Assembly: GCA_947478845.1 (NCBI GenBank)
Contig: CANJXC010000003.1
Coordinates: forward strand, 246,004 to 310,003
Length of the DNA: 64,000 bases
Direction of reading: 5' to 3'
DNA from: Spirochaetales bacterium
GTDB taxonomy: Bacteria > Spirochaetota > Spirochaetia > JABEVK01
The first letter of the stretch is position 1; each line of letters begins with the position of its first letter. Of the stretch, positions 36,611 through 46,643 are shown one piece after another. Made by a program: the position numbers and the translations under genes. Below the pieces are notes generated by a model, which was not told the DNA's origin, ran no database searches, and saw nothing but the letters and a program-made list of their open reading frames with translations.

Positions 36611-37897
36611 GTGAAACCTCCGATGAGAATCCTCCCCGCAGTTTGTTTCGTAGCCCTTTTGGCCTTGAGGTCTGTCCCCGTTTATGGCCAGACGCCTGAC
36701 GACGCCCTGTTCGACGCCCCCGAGGCCGGCGTCGCCGCCGAGCCTGCCGCCCCGGCGGTCGATGTGGCCGGGAAGTTTTTGGGGACAGAGCTCAAAACCA
36801 GCCTTTTTGGTGAGCTCAGTACCCGGGCAACCGCGACTTGGACGGAAGACGACCCCGTCCTTTCTCAGTCGCTGTCGCTTGACCTTGGCCTGACGGCTCG
36901 GCCGGACGAGAATCTGCGTATTGGTGCGAAGTCTAGTTGGAGCTTTGACCCCGGCACCGAAACGGCGAGCTTCCACGTCAGTGAGGCCTTTGCAGACTTT
37001 CAAGGCGGCGAGAGCGCCTATTTCCGGGTGGGCAAGCAGTTCCTTTCGTGGGGAAAAGGCCTCTACTACAGCCCAGCGGACGTGCTGAGCTTGTCGGTTA
37101 TCGACCCTGCCGACACCGGTGCAAGCCGCGAAGGTCCCACCGCGTTCAAGGCCTCGCTCGAGGCGGGTGCGCTGGGCACCTATCAGGCCGTAATTTCCAC
37201 AGAGGCGGTGATGGTGGGCTCTGATGTGACATTTTCGGCGCTGGCTACCTGGGTGGTCGCCGGTACCGAGTTGGCCGCAGGGGGTTTTTACCAGGCGTCG
37301 AAAGACAAATCGCCCCGACTCTTCGCCACCACGGTGTTCCGACTGCTGAACCTCGATTGGTACACCGAGTCGGTGTTGTTGTGGGGCAATGATCAAAACC
37401 GCGTTGCCGACAACGGCCTCGGTGGTTTGGTGGTCGAAACCAACGACGGTAATCTACTGACGCAGCAAACGGTAGGCTTTAGTTATAGCAAAGACGACTC
37501 GGAAAAGCGCTTCGCCCTCAGTGCCTCCGGTCAGTACTACTACAACGGCACCGGCGATGGCACCCACTACGTAGCCGGGAGCCTAGGGCTTTCCAAGCTC
37601 GGCGGGTCTACCTTTTCGGTATCGTGCTCAGGCCTCGACTCGCTCTCCGAGGATTCGTGGCAGCTCAGTCCCCGCCTCGGTTGGGTCGCCAGCCCCGACC
37701 TAACCTTCGCAGCCGGTGGAACTTGGTACCACGGTGCATCGAAGTCGGAATATGCGCCCTTGGGTGCGCTGAGCTCATGGCAGGCCGAAGCCAAACTGTA
37801 CTCCCACCTCACAGTGACCGGCACCGGCCCGCTGCCCGGCTCGGAAGACGAGATTGATCCGCAACTGAAAGTCACGTTTAGCGGGTTCGCCTTTTGA
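36611..37897 (+). CDS. Putative outer-membrane beta-barrel protein
   Basis: Signal peptide, alternating beta strands, RVGKQFLSWGKG, C-terminal Phe. Confidence 0.65.
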   Translation: MKPPMRILPAVCFVALLALRSVPVYGQTPDDALFDAPEAGVAAEPAAPAVDVAGKFLGTELKTSLFGELSTRATATWTEDDPVLSQSLSLDLGLTARPDENLRIGAKSSWSFDPGTETASFHVSEAFADFQGGESAYFRVGKQFLSWGKGLYYSPADVLSLSVIDPADTGASREGPTAFKASLEAGALGTYQAVISTEAVMVGSDVTFSALATWVVAGTELAAGGFYQASKDKSPRLFATTVFRLLNLDWYTESVLLWGNDQNRVADNGLGGLVVETNDGNLLTQQTVGFSYSKDDSEKRFALSASGQYYYNGTGDGTHYVAGSLGLSKLGGSTFSVSCSGLDSLSEDSWQLSPRLGWVASPDLTFAAGGTWYHGASKSEYAPLGALSSWQAEAKLYSHLTVTGTGPLPGSEDEIDPQLKVTFSGFAF

Positions 37898-37898
37898 T

Positions 37899-37927
37899 AA
37901 AGCGTCCGGCCTTAGCGGGGCGGTCGA
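37899..37927 (+). promoter_or_regulatory. Third, partial copy of the araC-associated motif (27/29 identity)
   Basis: AAAGCGTCCGgcCTTAGCGGGGCGGTCGA versus AAAGCGTCCGaaCTTAGCGGGGCGGTCGA. Confidence 0.75.
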
Positions 37928-37992
37928 AGTGCAACCCAAGGCACACGTAAGTTGGGCTCAGGCGCCCAAGGCGGCGATTCCCAGGAGGGAAA

Positions 37993-38757
37993 ATGACGAA
38001 ACTATTCCAACGGCTTTTGCTGGCGGCCGTTGCCCTGCTTGCCAACTCACTCACCGCCCAGGACGCTCCCCCGCAAGGCCCGGGCCAGGGCCCTGGCCCG
38101 GGCTTTATCTTTTCCCAGGCCGTGGGGGCCCAGTACGACAGCAAGGCGGGGTTCGTTCCGACCTACCAGGTGGAGCTCACCGCTCCCCTCGTTCGAAAGC
38201 AAGACCTGATGGTCGAAGCGAAGCTGGTCAACGACTTTGCCGTCCTGGCCGACAAACTCGACCTGTCGCTGGCAACGCGCTTCCGGCTCGCTCCTTGGCT
38301 GAGTGCCTCGCTCGAGACGCCGTTTTCGCTGACCTACCGGGCACCCACCGACTTCAGCGGGCAAGTTGCCGCTGCGGCCAAGCTCGCGGTCAGTAACCGC
38401 ACGGAGTCCGAGGACCGCCCGGGTCGCGGAGCACCGGGTTCCGTCCAATCGGGTTGGGTGCTGGGCGCCGAGTTGTCGGCGACGGCGACCGCCGGTTGGA
38501 GCACGACACTGCAGGCAGCCATGCCTGCCTACCTCGCCGCCGCGCAGTTTGAGCTCGGCTACCAAGGCGTTGTTTCGCCCAACTTGAAAGTTGTCGCCAC
38601 GGCGGACCTTGGCGAGTTGACCCTCAGTGACGTGAAAAGTGTCGCGAGTTTGGCCTTCAACTGGGACCACCTCTTGGCCAACCTCGCCGTAAGTGCCTCG
38701 CAGCTGGCCACTCAGCCTGTTTTTGCCTGCACCGTTGGTGTTGGGTACCGATTCTAA
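37993..38757 (+). CDS. Secreted or outer-membrane hypothetical protein
   Basis: AGGAGG RBS, signal peptide LTA-Q, QGPG repeats, C-terminal VGVGYRF barrel signature. Confidence 0.7.
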   Translation: MTKLFQRLLLAAVALLANSLTAQDAPPQGPGQGPGPGFIFSQAVGAQYDSKAGFVPTYQVELTAPLVRKQDLMVEAKLVNDFAVLADKLDLSLATRFRLAPWLSASLETPFSLTYRAPTDFSGQVAAAAKLAVSNRTESEDRPGRGAPGSVQSGWVLGAELSATATAGWSTTLQAAMPAYLAAAQFELGYQGVVSPNLKVVATADLGELTLSDVKSVASLAFNWDHLLANLAVSASQLATQPVFACTVGVGYRF

Positions 38758-38788
38758 ATTAGACCTCGCAGTCACTTGGAGAAAACCC

Positions 38789-40249
38789 ATGGTTCTTTTT
38801 CGCCCTTTGGAAGTCCTCGTTCTCGTCTTCTTTTTTGCCCTCGCCTCGTGCACCTCGCTCCTCAGCTCGAGCAGCGGCACCCACAACGCCCTTTGGATTC
38901 CGCCCCTCCTTACGGGCACCACAACAACCGCAGGAACCGAGTTCCAGCTGACGGTGTCGGCAACAACCAAATCCTTTCGGGAAGGTAAGGAAACCGCCAC
39001 CTACAGCTACAACAACACCGGCTTTTGGGGCCCCACGTTGGTTGTGAGGAAAGGCGAAAAGGTGACCATTCACGTGAACAACAACTTGCCGGTAGAGACG
39101 ACCACCCACTGGCATGGCCTGCATGTGCCCGCTGCAATGGATGGCGGCCCCATGCAAGTGGTTGAACCCGGTGCGACTTGGTCGCCCACCTTCACCGTGA
39201 TGAACCAGGCGGCAACGTTTTGGTACCACCCCCACCTGCACACCACCACTGCCAAACAGTTGGCGCTCGGTGCCGGTGGCTTTCTGTTGGTGCGCGACGC
39301 CGACGAGGCCAAGCTGGCGCTTCCCCGCACCTACGGCGTCGATGACCTGCCCGTCGTTCTCACAAGCCGGACCTTTGACGCCAGCAATCAGATCCAGACC
39401 GATACCATTTATGGTGATCGACTTCTGGCCAACGGCACTCTCAACGCCCAGGCGACGGTCGGCGCGCAAGTTGTCCGCTTGCGGTTGCTCAACGCCGAGA
39501 TCGAGCGAGCCTACTCGCTCGGGTTCGCCGACAACCGCAAGTTCTTCGTGATCGCAGGAGACGGCGGCCTGCTTGAAAAACCCGTGCCCGTGACCCGCTT
39601 GCTGATGTCACCCGGCGAACGGTACGAAGTCCTGATCGACCTAACAAAGGATCCCGTCGGTGCCAGCGTGCCTCTGTTGGCCTACAATCGGAACCAGGAG
39701 TTTGGGTTTCCCGGTGGCGAACCGAACCAGACCGGCGACTTTGGTAGCCTGCTCAATAACACCACCTTCGAGGTGCTGAACCTCAAGGTCAGGGCCGCCG
39801 GTACCGAGGCACTGCTGACCATTCCCACAGCGCTGATCACGAACAACTACCCGACCATGGAGGTTTCCAACAGCCGCACGATCAACATCACCGACCAAGG
39901 GCCGGGCACGCCGTTCACCTTCGACAATGCCGGCTATGACATGATGATGATCAACCAGACGGTAAAACTCGGTGCCACCGAAAAATGGAGCGTGGTCAAC
40001 GATTTCGTCTTCGGCCACTCGTTCCACATTCACGACGTGCAGTTCAAACTTGTTTCGCGCAGTTCGGGGCCCGTCGGAGCGTGGGAGTCGGGGTGGAAGG
40101 ACACATTTTTCATCCAGCGTAACGAAACGGTGAGCTTCGTGGCACGGTTCGAGGACTTCGCCGACCCCGTGAACGCGTTCATGTACCATTGCCACATGGC
40201 CAACCACGAGGACGGCGGGCTGATGGGGCAGTTTGTCGTGGTGCCTTAG
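38789..40249 (+). CDS. Three-domain multicopper oxidase lipoprotein (CueO-like)
   Basis: Lipobox LAS-C; THWHG, WYHPH, HSFHIH, HCHMANHEDGGLM. Confidence 0.92.
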   Translation: MVLFRPLEVLVLVFFFALASCTSLLSSSSGTHNALWIPPLLTGTTTTAGTEFQLTVSATTKSFREGKETATYSYNNTGFWGPTLVVRKGEKVTIHVNNNLPVETTTHWHGLHVPAAMDGGPMQVVEPGATWSPTFTVMNQAATFWYHPHLHTTTAKQLALGAGGFLLVRDADEAKLALPRTYGVDDLPVVLTSRTFDASNQIQTDTIYGDRLLANGTLNAQATVGAQVVRLRLLNAEIERAYSLGFADNRKFFVIAGDGGLLEKPVPVTRLLMSPGERYEVLIDLTKDPVGASVPLLAYNRNQEFGFPGGEPNQTGDFGSLLNNTTFEVLNLKVRAAGTEALLTIPTALITNNYPTMEVSNSRTINITDQGPGTPFTFDNAGYDMMMINQTVKLGATEKWSVVNDFVFGHSFHIHDVQFKLVSRSSGPVGAWESGWKDTFFIQRNETVSFVARFEDFADPVNAFMYHCHMANHEDGGLMGQFVVVP

Positions 40250-40735
40250 TTACGCCCTGTTTCGAGGCAACCCAAACGGTGTAATCACGACTGCAAAAAC
40301 CCAGATCACCGGCCCTGAGATGCTTTCCCAGCCCGCGGGGATGATCCCGGGCGTCACCAGGCAAAACGTGAAGGCCAAATCGGAAATACCGATGACAACC
40401 AGCCCAATGAAGTAGCCAAGCCACGAGCCCTGTTTCCAGATCATCCAGGCGACGAACACTCCCAAAACCCCATAACCACCCACGTCTAACACGAAATTAC
40501 CAAAAAGGTGCGAAAGAGCATTGAGCGTCACCTTGTCGGTGGGCAGCACGATAGCGCTCCAAGGGGCGTTGGTTCCCCCGAACAGCATTTGAAACTGGGA
40601 ATCTGCAGTACCCGTGAGAAAGGCGACTAGGCCCGCCACACCCACATACACGTGCAAAAAACTCCAAACAAGAAACAGTACAGCTCCGATCTTGGCCAAA
40701 AGACCGACAGGCACAGAATTTTCCGTTTTTTCCAT
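40250..40735 (-). CDS. Hypothetical membrane protein (about 4 TM)
   Basis: AAGGAG RBS before ATG at 40735; hydrophobic helices. Confidence 0.7.
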   Translation of the reverse strand: MEKTENSVPVGLLAKIGAVLFLVWSFLHVYVGVAGLVAFLTGTADSQFQMLFGGTNAPWSAIVLPTDKVTLNALSHLFGNFVLDVGGYGVLGVFVAWMIWKQGSWLGYFIGLVVIGISDLAFTFCLVTPGIIPAGWESISGPVIWVFAVVITPFGLPRNRA

Positions 40736-40869
40736 AGTAACTCCTTGCAGGAAAGCTATTCTTTGCCCCTGAAAGTTTCCATCCACAAAAGCGGTATTCT
40801 TTGGCACTTTTCCGAGAATTGACTTCTAGTGCGCTTGAATAACCGGCCCGAGTCGGGCACGCTTCCCCT

Positions 40870-41715
40870 ATGGGTTTTTCCTTCGCTACCGCGCATCAGA
40901 GTTTGGCTCACCTCGAAGTTCGATCCATCGGTCCCTCGGATGACGAAAGGCCTTTGGCTCCCGCGGTCGACTATCAAATCCTGTGGGTCACCCAAGGCGA
41001 AGCAGAGGTTTCCATCGACTTTGAGTCCTACCGAGCTACACCCGGTTGCCTGTACTTCCGGGCGCCGGGGCGCGCATTTGGCTGGCGGCACGGAGTGGAG
41101 TTTTCTGGTTGGGACCTTCGGTTTTCCATCGACTTCCTCGATGGCGGTGCTCCCGACCAACGGCTCCTTCGCACCCTTGGCTATTTTCACTCTATCGACC
41201 GTCAGCCCGAACTCAAAGCCACGGGTGGGGACCAGCTGGTGCTGCACAACCTCTTTATTCAGCTGGAACGAGAAGCGCGGCCTTCGGACTTCGGGGCAAC
41301 GGTAGTCCAAAAATCTCTCCTCCGTATTCTGCTGGTGACGCTTCAGCGGAAATACCCTGATTTCTGGGCCGGGGTACCCGCTAGTGCCGCCCGACGCCTC
41401 GTAGAAGAGTATTGCCTGCTGGTTTCCGAGGAGTTTCTTCACCACCGCCAGATTGCCGATTATGCGGGTCGCCTCGGTGTCACCCCAGACCACCTTGCGT
41501 CCTCGTTTCGAAAGCTTTTGGGGTTCTCACCGAGTCAACTCATCCAAAACCACCTCGTTTTAGAGGCCAAGCGCCTCCTGACCCACACTGGATTGACGGT
41601 AGGCGAGATTTCTAACAAGCTCAAGTTCTCCGATCAGGCCTATTTCAGTCGGTTTTTTCGCAAGCTTGTGGGCCTCGCTCCCTCTGATTTCAGGTCAAGT
41701 TCAAAAAAAGACTAG
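40870..41715 (+). CDS. AraC-family regulator
   Basis: Cupin-like N-domain; YAGRLGVTPDHL, EAKRLL, FSDQAYFSRFFRK. Confidence 0.92.
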   Translation: MGFSFATAHQSLAHLEVRSIGPSDDERPLAPAVDYQILWVTQGEAEVSIDFESYRATPGCLYFRAPGRAFGWRHGVEFSGWDLRFSIDFLDGGAPDQRLLRTLGYFHSIDRQPELKATGGDQLVLHNLFIQLEREARPSDFGATVVQKSLLRILLVTLQRKYPDFWAGVPASAARRLVEEYCLLVSEEFLHHRQIADYAGRLGVTPDHLASSFRKLLGFSPSQLIQNHLVLEAKRLLTHTGLTVGEISNKLKFSDQAYFSRFFRKLVGLAPSDFRSSSKKD

Positions 41716-41826
41716 TTGCATTTGGTGCCAAAGTGGGTGCCACGGCCTTAACGGCGGCCAAGAGAGTAACTGTGGCTGATGTAAGGACAAATGGGGGTTG
41801 CCGTGGCAATGATGGAAAGAATGTCG

Positions 41827-42774
41827 TTACTTCCCTTCGCCTTCCCAAAGCCCCCGCCAGTCGTCCGGTAGCGGCGCCTCATAACTAACCGCCGTTCCGG
41901 TAAACGGGTGCTCGAAGGCCAGCCTCCGGGCGTGAAGGGCTTGGCGGACCGCGGCGGGTCCGCCGTAAAGTTTGTCTCCCACCAAGGGCCAACCCTGCTC
42001 GGCTAGGTGCACCCGAATCTGGTGGGTACGCCCGGTTTCCAAACCTAGGTTTACCTGAAAGCGCCCGCGAGCGACTTCGGGCCCCCAAACCCAGTGAGTC
42101 AGCGCGGCTCTGGCTCCGGGAACCCCCACCGCTTGGATCTGACCCCTCAATGGATCTTCAGTACGCCCCAGGGGTAGGTCGATGAGCCCTTGTTCCCCTT
42201 CTTTGGGCACCTTGCAACCGGGAACCGGTGCAACGACGGCCACGTACTGCTTGGTGATCTGCCGGCTTTCAAACAGGTTTAGTATGGCCGCCAGCGCCAA
42301 TTTGGTTTTCGCGAACAGCACAAGGCCCGAAGTCTCCCTGTCGAGCCGGTGAGCGGGGTCGGCCCTCGTCCAACTTGGATTGCCCGCGTTTCGCACTTGG
42401 TAAACCAGATTCGAGGTGTAAGATTTTCCCATTCGGTGCACCAAAAGATTTCCGGGCTTATCGGCTACGAGATACCACTGGTCCTCAGCGGCTACCGACC
42501 AATTGAGGTCGGCAGGCGGTTCCACTACGGGGGGCATTTTATACGTAAGAAGCTGCCCCCTCTCGAGTTTCTGCGCCGCATGCGCCTGGTTCCCTTCGAC
42601 GAAAAGAAGTCCCTTGGAAATCGCCTTTGCCCAGGTCTCCCGGTCGAAATAAGGAAAGCGGTCGACGAGGTGGTCGAGGAGGAGTCGGCCGTGGGCAAAC
42701 TTGGGGATGCGGGAGGACTGGTCCAAGGTCCCACGATAGAGTTTGAAGGTGGAGGGGTCAAGAAGGTTTGCCAC
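41827..42774 (-). CDS. RluA-family pseudouridine synthase
   Basis: DKPGNL, HRLDRETSG, TGRTHQIRVH, GDKLYG, LHA. Confidence 0.93.
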   Translation of the reverse strand: MANLLDPSTFKLYRGTLDQSSRIPKFAHGRLLLDHLVDRFPYFDRETWAKAISKGLLFVEGNQAHAAQKLERGQLLTYKMPPVVEPPADLNWSVAAEDQWYLVADKPGNLLVHRMGKSYTSNLVYQVRNAGNPSWTRADPAHRLDRETSGLVLFAKTKLALAAILNLFESRQITKQYVAVVAPVPGCKVPKEGEQGLIDLPLGRTEDPLRGQIQAVGVPGARAALTHWVWGPEVARGRFQVNLGLETGRTHQIRVHLAEQGWPLVGDKLYGGPAAVRQALHARRLAFEHPFTGTAVSYEAPLPDDWRGLWEGEGK

Positions 42775-42892
42775 CTCACCCTCACCGCCCGAAAGGCTCT
42801 CGCCGAGGCCCCCTTGTCAAGCGAACGGCGGCAACGCTATTTTCTGAGGGTCGCTGGGCACGTCGCCCAAGCCAAATAAGCGAGGCTTTAGC

Positions 42893-43402
42893 ATGAAACA
42901 CCGCTTCGAATCGAAACCCGAGTTGGAAGTAGTTGGCTACACTTTTCGCACTACCACCGCTGAGGGCCAAAGCATGCGAGAGGTTCCTCCTTTTTGGGGC
43001 CGGTGCACAGCAGAAGGAAAAATTGACCTCCTGAACGCAGTAGCTAGCCCCTTTGGCCTGTTCGGGCTCTGCGCTGAGTTCGACGACAAAATGGAGGCCT
43101 TTACCTACGTGATAGGCGTCGAGCTCAAACCCGGAGCCAAGGCGCCCACCGGAACGAAGCGGGTCAAGATTTCTGCTGCTCACTACGCGGTGTTCAGTTG
43201 CGTGGGCGCCATGCCTCTGGGAATCCAGAACGGCTGGCACGAAATCATGGGATCCTGGTTTCCCACGTCCACTTATGCGCAAGCCTCGCCAGTCAATTTT
43301 GAGCTCTATCCCTATTTCCCAGCAAGGGACGAACGCGGCGACCCTACCAGCCCCAATTGCTACACGGAAATCTGGATCCCGGTCGAGAAGAAGGGCAACT
43401 AA
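42893..43402 (+). CDS. GyrI-like small-molecule-binding protein
   Basis: VVGY, PPFW, YAVF, WFPTSTY, FELY, EIWIPV. Confidence 0.85.
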   Translation: MKHRFESKPELEVVGYTFRTTTAEGQSMREVPPFWGRCTAEGKIDLLNAVASPFGLFGLCAEFDDKMEAFTYVIGVELKPGAKAPTGTKRVKISAAHYAVFSCVGAMPLGIQNGWHEIMGSWFPTSTYAQASPVNFELYPYFPARDERGDPTSPNCYTEIWIPVEKKGN

Positions 43403-43431
43403 ATGATAAGCTCTCGGAAGCCCAACGGAGC

Positions 43432-43980
43432 CTAGCCGGGGACCTTTCGCCAAGCGGTCTTGTACTTGGTTTGATACTTTGGATCGGTTTCTTCCAAAAT
43501 GAGTCTACGGGCAAGAGTGGCTACCGCAGGGTCGGGCTGCTGATTGTAGACCTCGCGCAGGCACACTTGGAGGTCGTAGCGGATCAGCGTTGTGTTCTTC
43601 TCGCTGGTACAGGACCGGAAGCGCTCTTGGTAATAGTCGAGAAGACGCCGTTTGTGCTCTTCCCCCGCCAGGGCAAAACGGTGCGACGCTTGCAGGGTGT
43701 GGCGTGCGGAAACAAACATCTTGTCGGTGGCAACCGCCTTCCAACGTTCCCAAAGGCCCCAGATTCGCCCTTCGGGGTCACTCGCGGCGAAATGGGAGAA
43801 AAGCTGGCCTCCAATCGAGCGAATGTGATTGCTGCTGTGGCCCAGCATCGCCGCAAACCTCGACCACTGGGAGTAAACCTCCGCCGGGCTGTCTTTGCGG
43901 CTCAAAACCTCAAGGTAGGCTGAAACCCTTGCTTGGTCGTCAGGGCCTTCAATTTGGTCAAAAAGGGCAGCTAGGGTCAT
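43432..43980 (-). CDS. Hypothetical helical-repeat protein
   Basis: ATG overlaps the upstream TGA; NHIRSIG, DKMFVSARHTLQ, ETDPKYQTKY. Confidence 0.65.
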   Translation of the reverse strand: MTLAALFDQIEGPDDQARVSAYLEVLSRKDSPAEVYSQWSRFAAMLGHSSNHIRSIGGQLFSHFAASDPEGRIWGLWERWKAVATDKMFVSARHTLQASHRFALAGEEHKRRLLDYYQERFRSCTSEKNTTLIRYDLQVCLREVYNQQPDPAVATLARRLILEETDPKYQTKYKTAWRKVPG

Positions 43981-44483
43981 CTTCCGGCCTCGTCCCAAGT
44001 AAGAACCGCCGAGGGAAGCAGAAGCATCGGAATGAAGAAGAACCAGACGACCGCTTCCACTTGGCCAAAGGACAAGTCGAAACGGTAAGAAGCTACCTTT
44101 TGAACATCCTGGGAAATCGTGAAGAGCAGCAATGCCAGCGCCATCACCGAAACGACGCCACCAATGAGTTGGTAGGCCTGCAGATAGGTACGATTGCGCA
44201 GCTTGAGTTGACGCTCGTCGAGAAAGCGATCTGGAAGATCGGCAATAGACCTCACCGACACGCGAAGTAACAGATAAACTGCAAAACAGAGGGCAAGAGG
44301 AATCACTCCCCAGATGTCCGACCACACAAACACCGTGCAAGTGGCCACCCAGCACAAGACTCCCAAAATCACCAACGCGCGGCGAGCCAGGGTGGTCCTG
44401 GTCCAGTTCCAGGACGTATCGGCCATTAAGGTTGCCACCCGCTTCTCGAGAGCAGCCTCCTGTTTCTCATTCTTTGGACTCAT
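43977..44483 (-). CDS. Membrane protein
   Basis: About 4 TM helices, LDERQ motif; follows an XRE gene. Confidence 0.75.
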   Translation of the reverse strand: MSPKNEKQEAALEKRVATLMADTSWNWTRTTLARRALVILGVLCWVATCTVFVWSDIWGVIPLALCFAVYLLLRVSVRSIADLPDRFLDERQLKLRNRTYLQAYQLIGGVVSVMALALLLFTISQDVQKVASYRFDLSFGQVEAVVWFFFIPMLLLPSAVLTWDEAGR

Positions 44484-44718
44484 GATTCGTTTCCTCCTTC
44501 AAGGAAAAAAGTTGCTCGATGGTCACCCCAAGCGCCTGGGCCAGCCTCAGTGCCAGAACCAAGCTGGGGCTATACTCCCCCCGTTCCAGGTATCCCATCG
44601 TTTGGTAATGCACCCCAACCCGGTCGGCAAGCTCCTGCCTCGACCAACCCAAACGTGTCCGGTTGTCTTCGATGTGGTTGAGAATCAGGTCTTCTTCCGT
44701 AGCGGGTTTGCGTCCCAT
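44467..44718 (-). CDS. XRE/Cro HTH regulator
   Basis: SRQELADRVGVHYQT...ERGEYSPSLVLALRLA. Confidence 0.9.
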   Translation of the reverse strand: MGRKPATEEDLILNHIEDNRTRLGWSRQELADRVGVHYQTMGYLERGEYSPSLVLALRLAQALGVTIEQLFSLKEETNHESKE

Positions 44719-44744
44719 GATTGTAGTATAATTGCTATGTAGTA

Positions 44745-45281
44745 TTAATGCAACACCCTAAAGATCGCACGCGCCACGGCTTCACGGGAAGCGAGCTCGG
44801 GATGCGCTCCAGCATAACAGAGCACACCCAAGAGCCCAGCTATTCGGTATTCCAAAACGAGGTCGCGCTCCAAGGGACCTTCTGGCAAAAGTGCCGACTT
44901 CAGTGCGGGCGTATTTTCAATACGTAAAATCGCCGCCTTGGTTTCGTCGATGAGCCGCCTCCGGAACGAGGGGTCGCCGTTTTCTCCCAAGAGCACGTTG
45001 TAGTAAGACGCCTTTTCTTCGTATAACGCCAAAAAGGTCTGCAGAAAGGCGGAGGATGGCTCAGCGCTCGTCAAGACAGGCGGCAACTCTTCGAGGTTGG
45101 GGAGGCATCGTTGCTCGAGTTCGCGTAAGCAAGCCTGAACGTCGTCGAAGTGTTCGTAGAAAGTACTGCGGTTGTAGCCGGCTTTGGCGGCCACTTCTTT
45201 TACGGTGATGTGCTCGATGCCGGCCTGGCAATAGAGGCCCCAAAAGGCCTCGAGTAAGTGGACACGCGCTTTTTCCGACAA
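44745..45281 (-). CDS. TetR/AcrR-family regulator
   Basis: ITVKEVAAKAGYNRSTFYEHF; TTG start after GGAGG. Confidence 0.88.
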   Translation of the reverse strand: MSEKARVHLLEAFWGLYCQAGIEHITVKEVAAKAGYNRSTFYEHFDDVQACLRELEQRCLPNLEELPPVLTSAEPSSAFLQTFLALYEEKASYYNVLLGENGDPSFRRRLIDETKAAILRIENTPALKSALLPEGPLERDLVLEYRIAGLLGVLCYAGAHPELASREAVARAIFRVLH

Positions 45282-45307
45282 AGTTCCTCCCTGTGTTGGT
45301 TGATTCC

Positions 45308-45322
45308 CCAACACGTTGTTGG
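45308..45322. promoter_or_regulatory. Putative TetR operator
   Basis: CCAACA-CGT-TGTTGG between the divergent tetR and glycosyltransferase genes. Confidence 0.5.
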
Positions 45323-45346
45323 AATACTACAGCGGATGAGGCCCCC

Positions 45347-46618
45347 ATGATCACCATCCTATGTTCTGGCACTCGTGGCGACGTTCAGCCCTACTTGGCG
45401 CTGGCCCAAGAACTCCAAAAGCTCGGGTTGGCCACGCGCATTGCCACCAACCACGACTTCGAGGCCTTTGTGCGCGGTTACGGGCTCGATTTTTACCCCA
45501 TTGCCGTAGATTTCGCCTCTGCTGGGGTGGACCCTGAAATGGTGCGCCAGGCCCAGCGGGCCGACAACCTGCTGAAAATGGTGGGCACCTTTCAAAAGAT
45601 GAAGGCCTACGGAGTGCACATGGTGCAGGCCTACCACGAGGCTTGCCTTGGCAGCGACGCCTTGGTGTACCATCCCGGGCTTACCATTGGTTATTTTATG
45701 GCCCAGCAGTTGGGAATCCCGTCGATTCTCGCAAGCCCTTTCCCGTTGCACCGCACATCCTTAAGGCCTTCGGTGGTGCTCTATGGCAAGGCGCCAAACT
45801 GGGGCCCGATCAACCGCCTGAGCTATGGTGCGCTTCAAGGTATGCTTTGGATGGCCTCCGGGGCGTCGCTGGCGCCGTTTTGGAAGCAGAAATACGGCAA
45901 ACTTCCACCCGGCTTTGGCCAACCCTTTGAGAAGCACACTACCACCCGTTTGCCGGCCCTTGCCTCGTGCAGCGAGTTCGTCTTCTCAAGGCCTACCGAT
46001 TGGAACGCCAACGTTCATCAAACCGGGTACTGGTTCGTGGAAGAGCCCGAAGCCTACCAACCCTCGGCCGAATTGACCGAGTTCCTGTCGGCTGGCGAAA
46101 AACCAGTCTATGTGGGCTTCGGCTCGATGTTCCACAAAGGCGACACGGAAACAGTGGGACGAACGGTGGTCGAGGGGCTCTTACTTGCCGGAAAACGCGG
46201 TGTAATCAACGGCATGAGCGGGCTTAAACTTCCCGAAGGAATGCTCGCTGTAGAAGGTGTTCCGCACTCTTGGCTGTTCCCCCGCATGGCAGCGGTGTGT
46301 CACCATGGCGGAGCCGGAACCTCGGCGGCGGGCTTTCGAGCCGGGGTACCGAGTGTCATTGTACCCTTCGCGCTCGACCAATTCGCTTGGGCGCAGCGGG
46401 CGTTTGAACTCGGAGTAGGGTCGCCTCCGCTGCCGGTAAAGAAGCTGACCGCAGCCAAGTTGGCCGAGGCGCTCAATCTCGCGCTTCAAACTAGGGTTAT
46501 CACGGCCGCCGCGGAGCTCGCTCGAGCCATCGCCACCGAACACGGAGCCCGGGACGGCGCGAGGGTTATCGCCGCGTCGCTTGCCACAGCACGTGAGGCC
46601 TCGAAGTTTCATGCCTAG
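45347..46618 (+). CDS. GT1 glycosyltransferase (sterol-glucosyltransferase-like)
   Basis: GTRGDVQP, VYVGFGSM, PHSWLFPR, HHGGAGTS, PFALDQFAW. Confidence 0.9.
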   Translation: MITILCSGTRGDVQPYLALAQELQKLGLATRIATNHDFEAFVRGYGLDFYPIAVDFASAGVDPEMVRQAQRADNLLKMVGTFQKMKAYGVHMVQAYHEACLGSDALVYHPGLTIGYFMAQQLGIPSILASPFPLHRTSLRPSVVLYGKAPNWGPINRLSYGALQGMLWMASGASLAPFWKQKYGKLPPGFGQPFEKHTTTRLPALASCSEFVFSRPTDWNANVHQTGYWFVEEPEAYQPSAELTEFLSAGEKPVYVGFGSMFHKGDTETVGRTVVEGLLLAGKRGVINGMSGLKLPEGMLAVEGVPHSWLFPRMAAVCHHGGAGTSAAGFRAGVPSVIVPFALDQFAWAQRAFELGVGSPPLPVKKLTAAKLAEALNLALQTRVITAAAELARAIATEHGARDGARVIAASLATAREASKFHA

Positions 46619-46643
46619 CGCCGGTTGTCTTTAGCTCCCCAAA

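Noticed and set aside
41722-41742. GGTGCCA direct repeat resembling integrase arm-type or att-proximal sequence
   Set aside because: It is only 7 bp in two copies, with no tRNA, integrase or partner site found.
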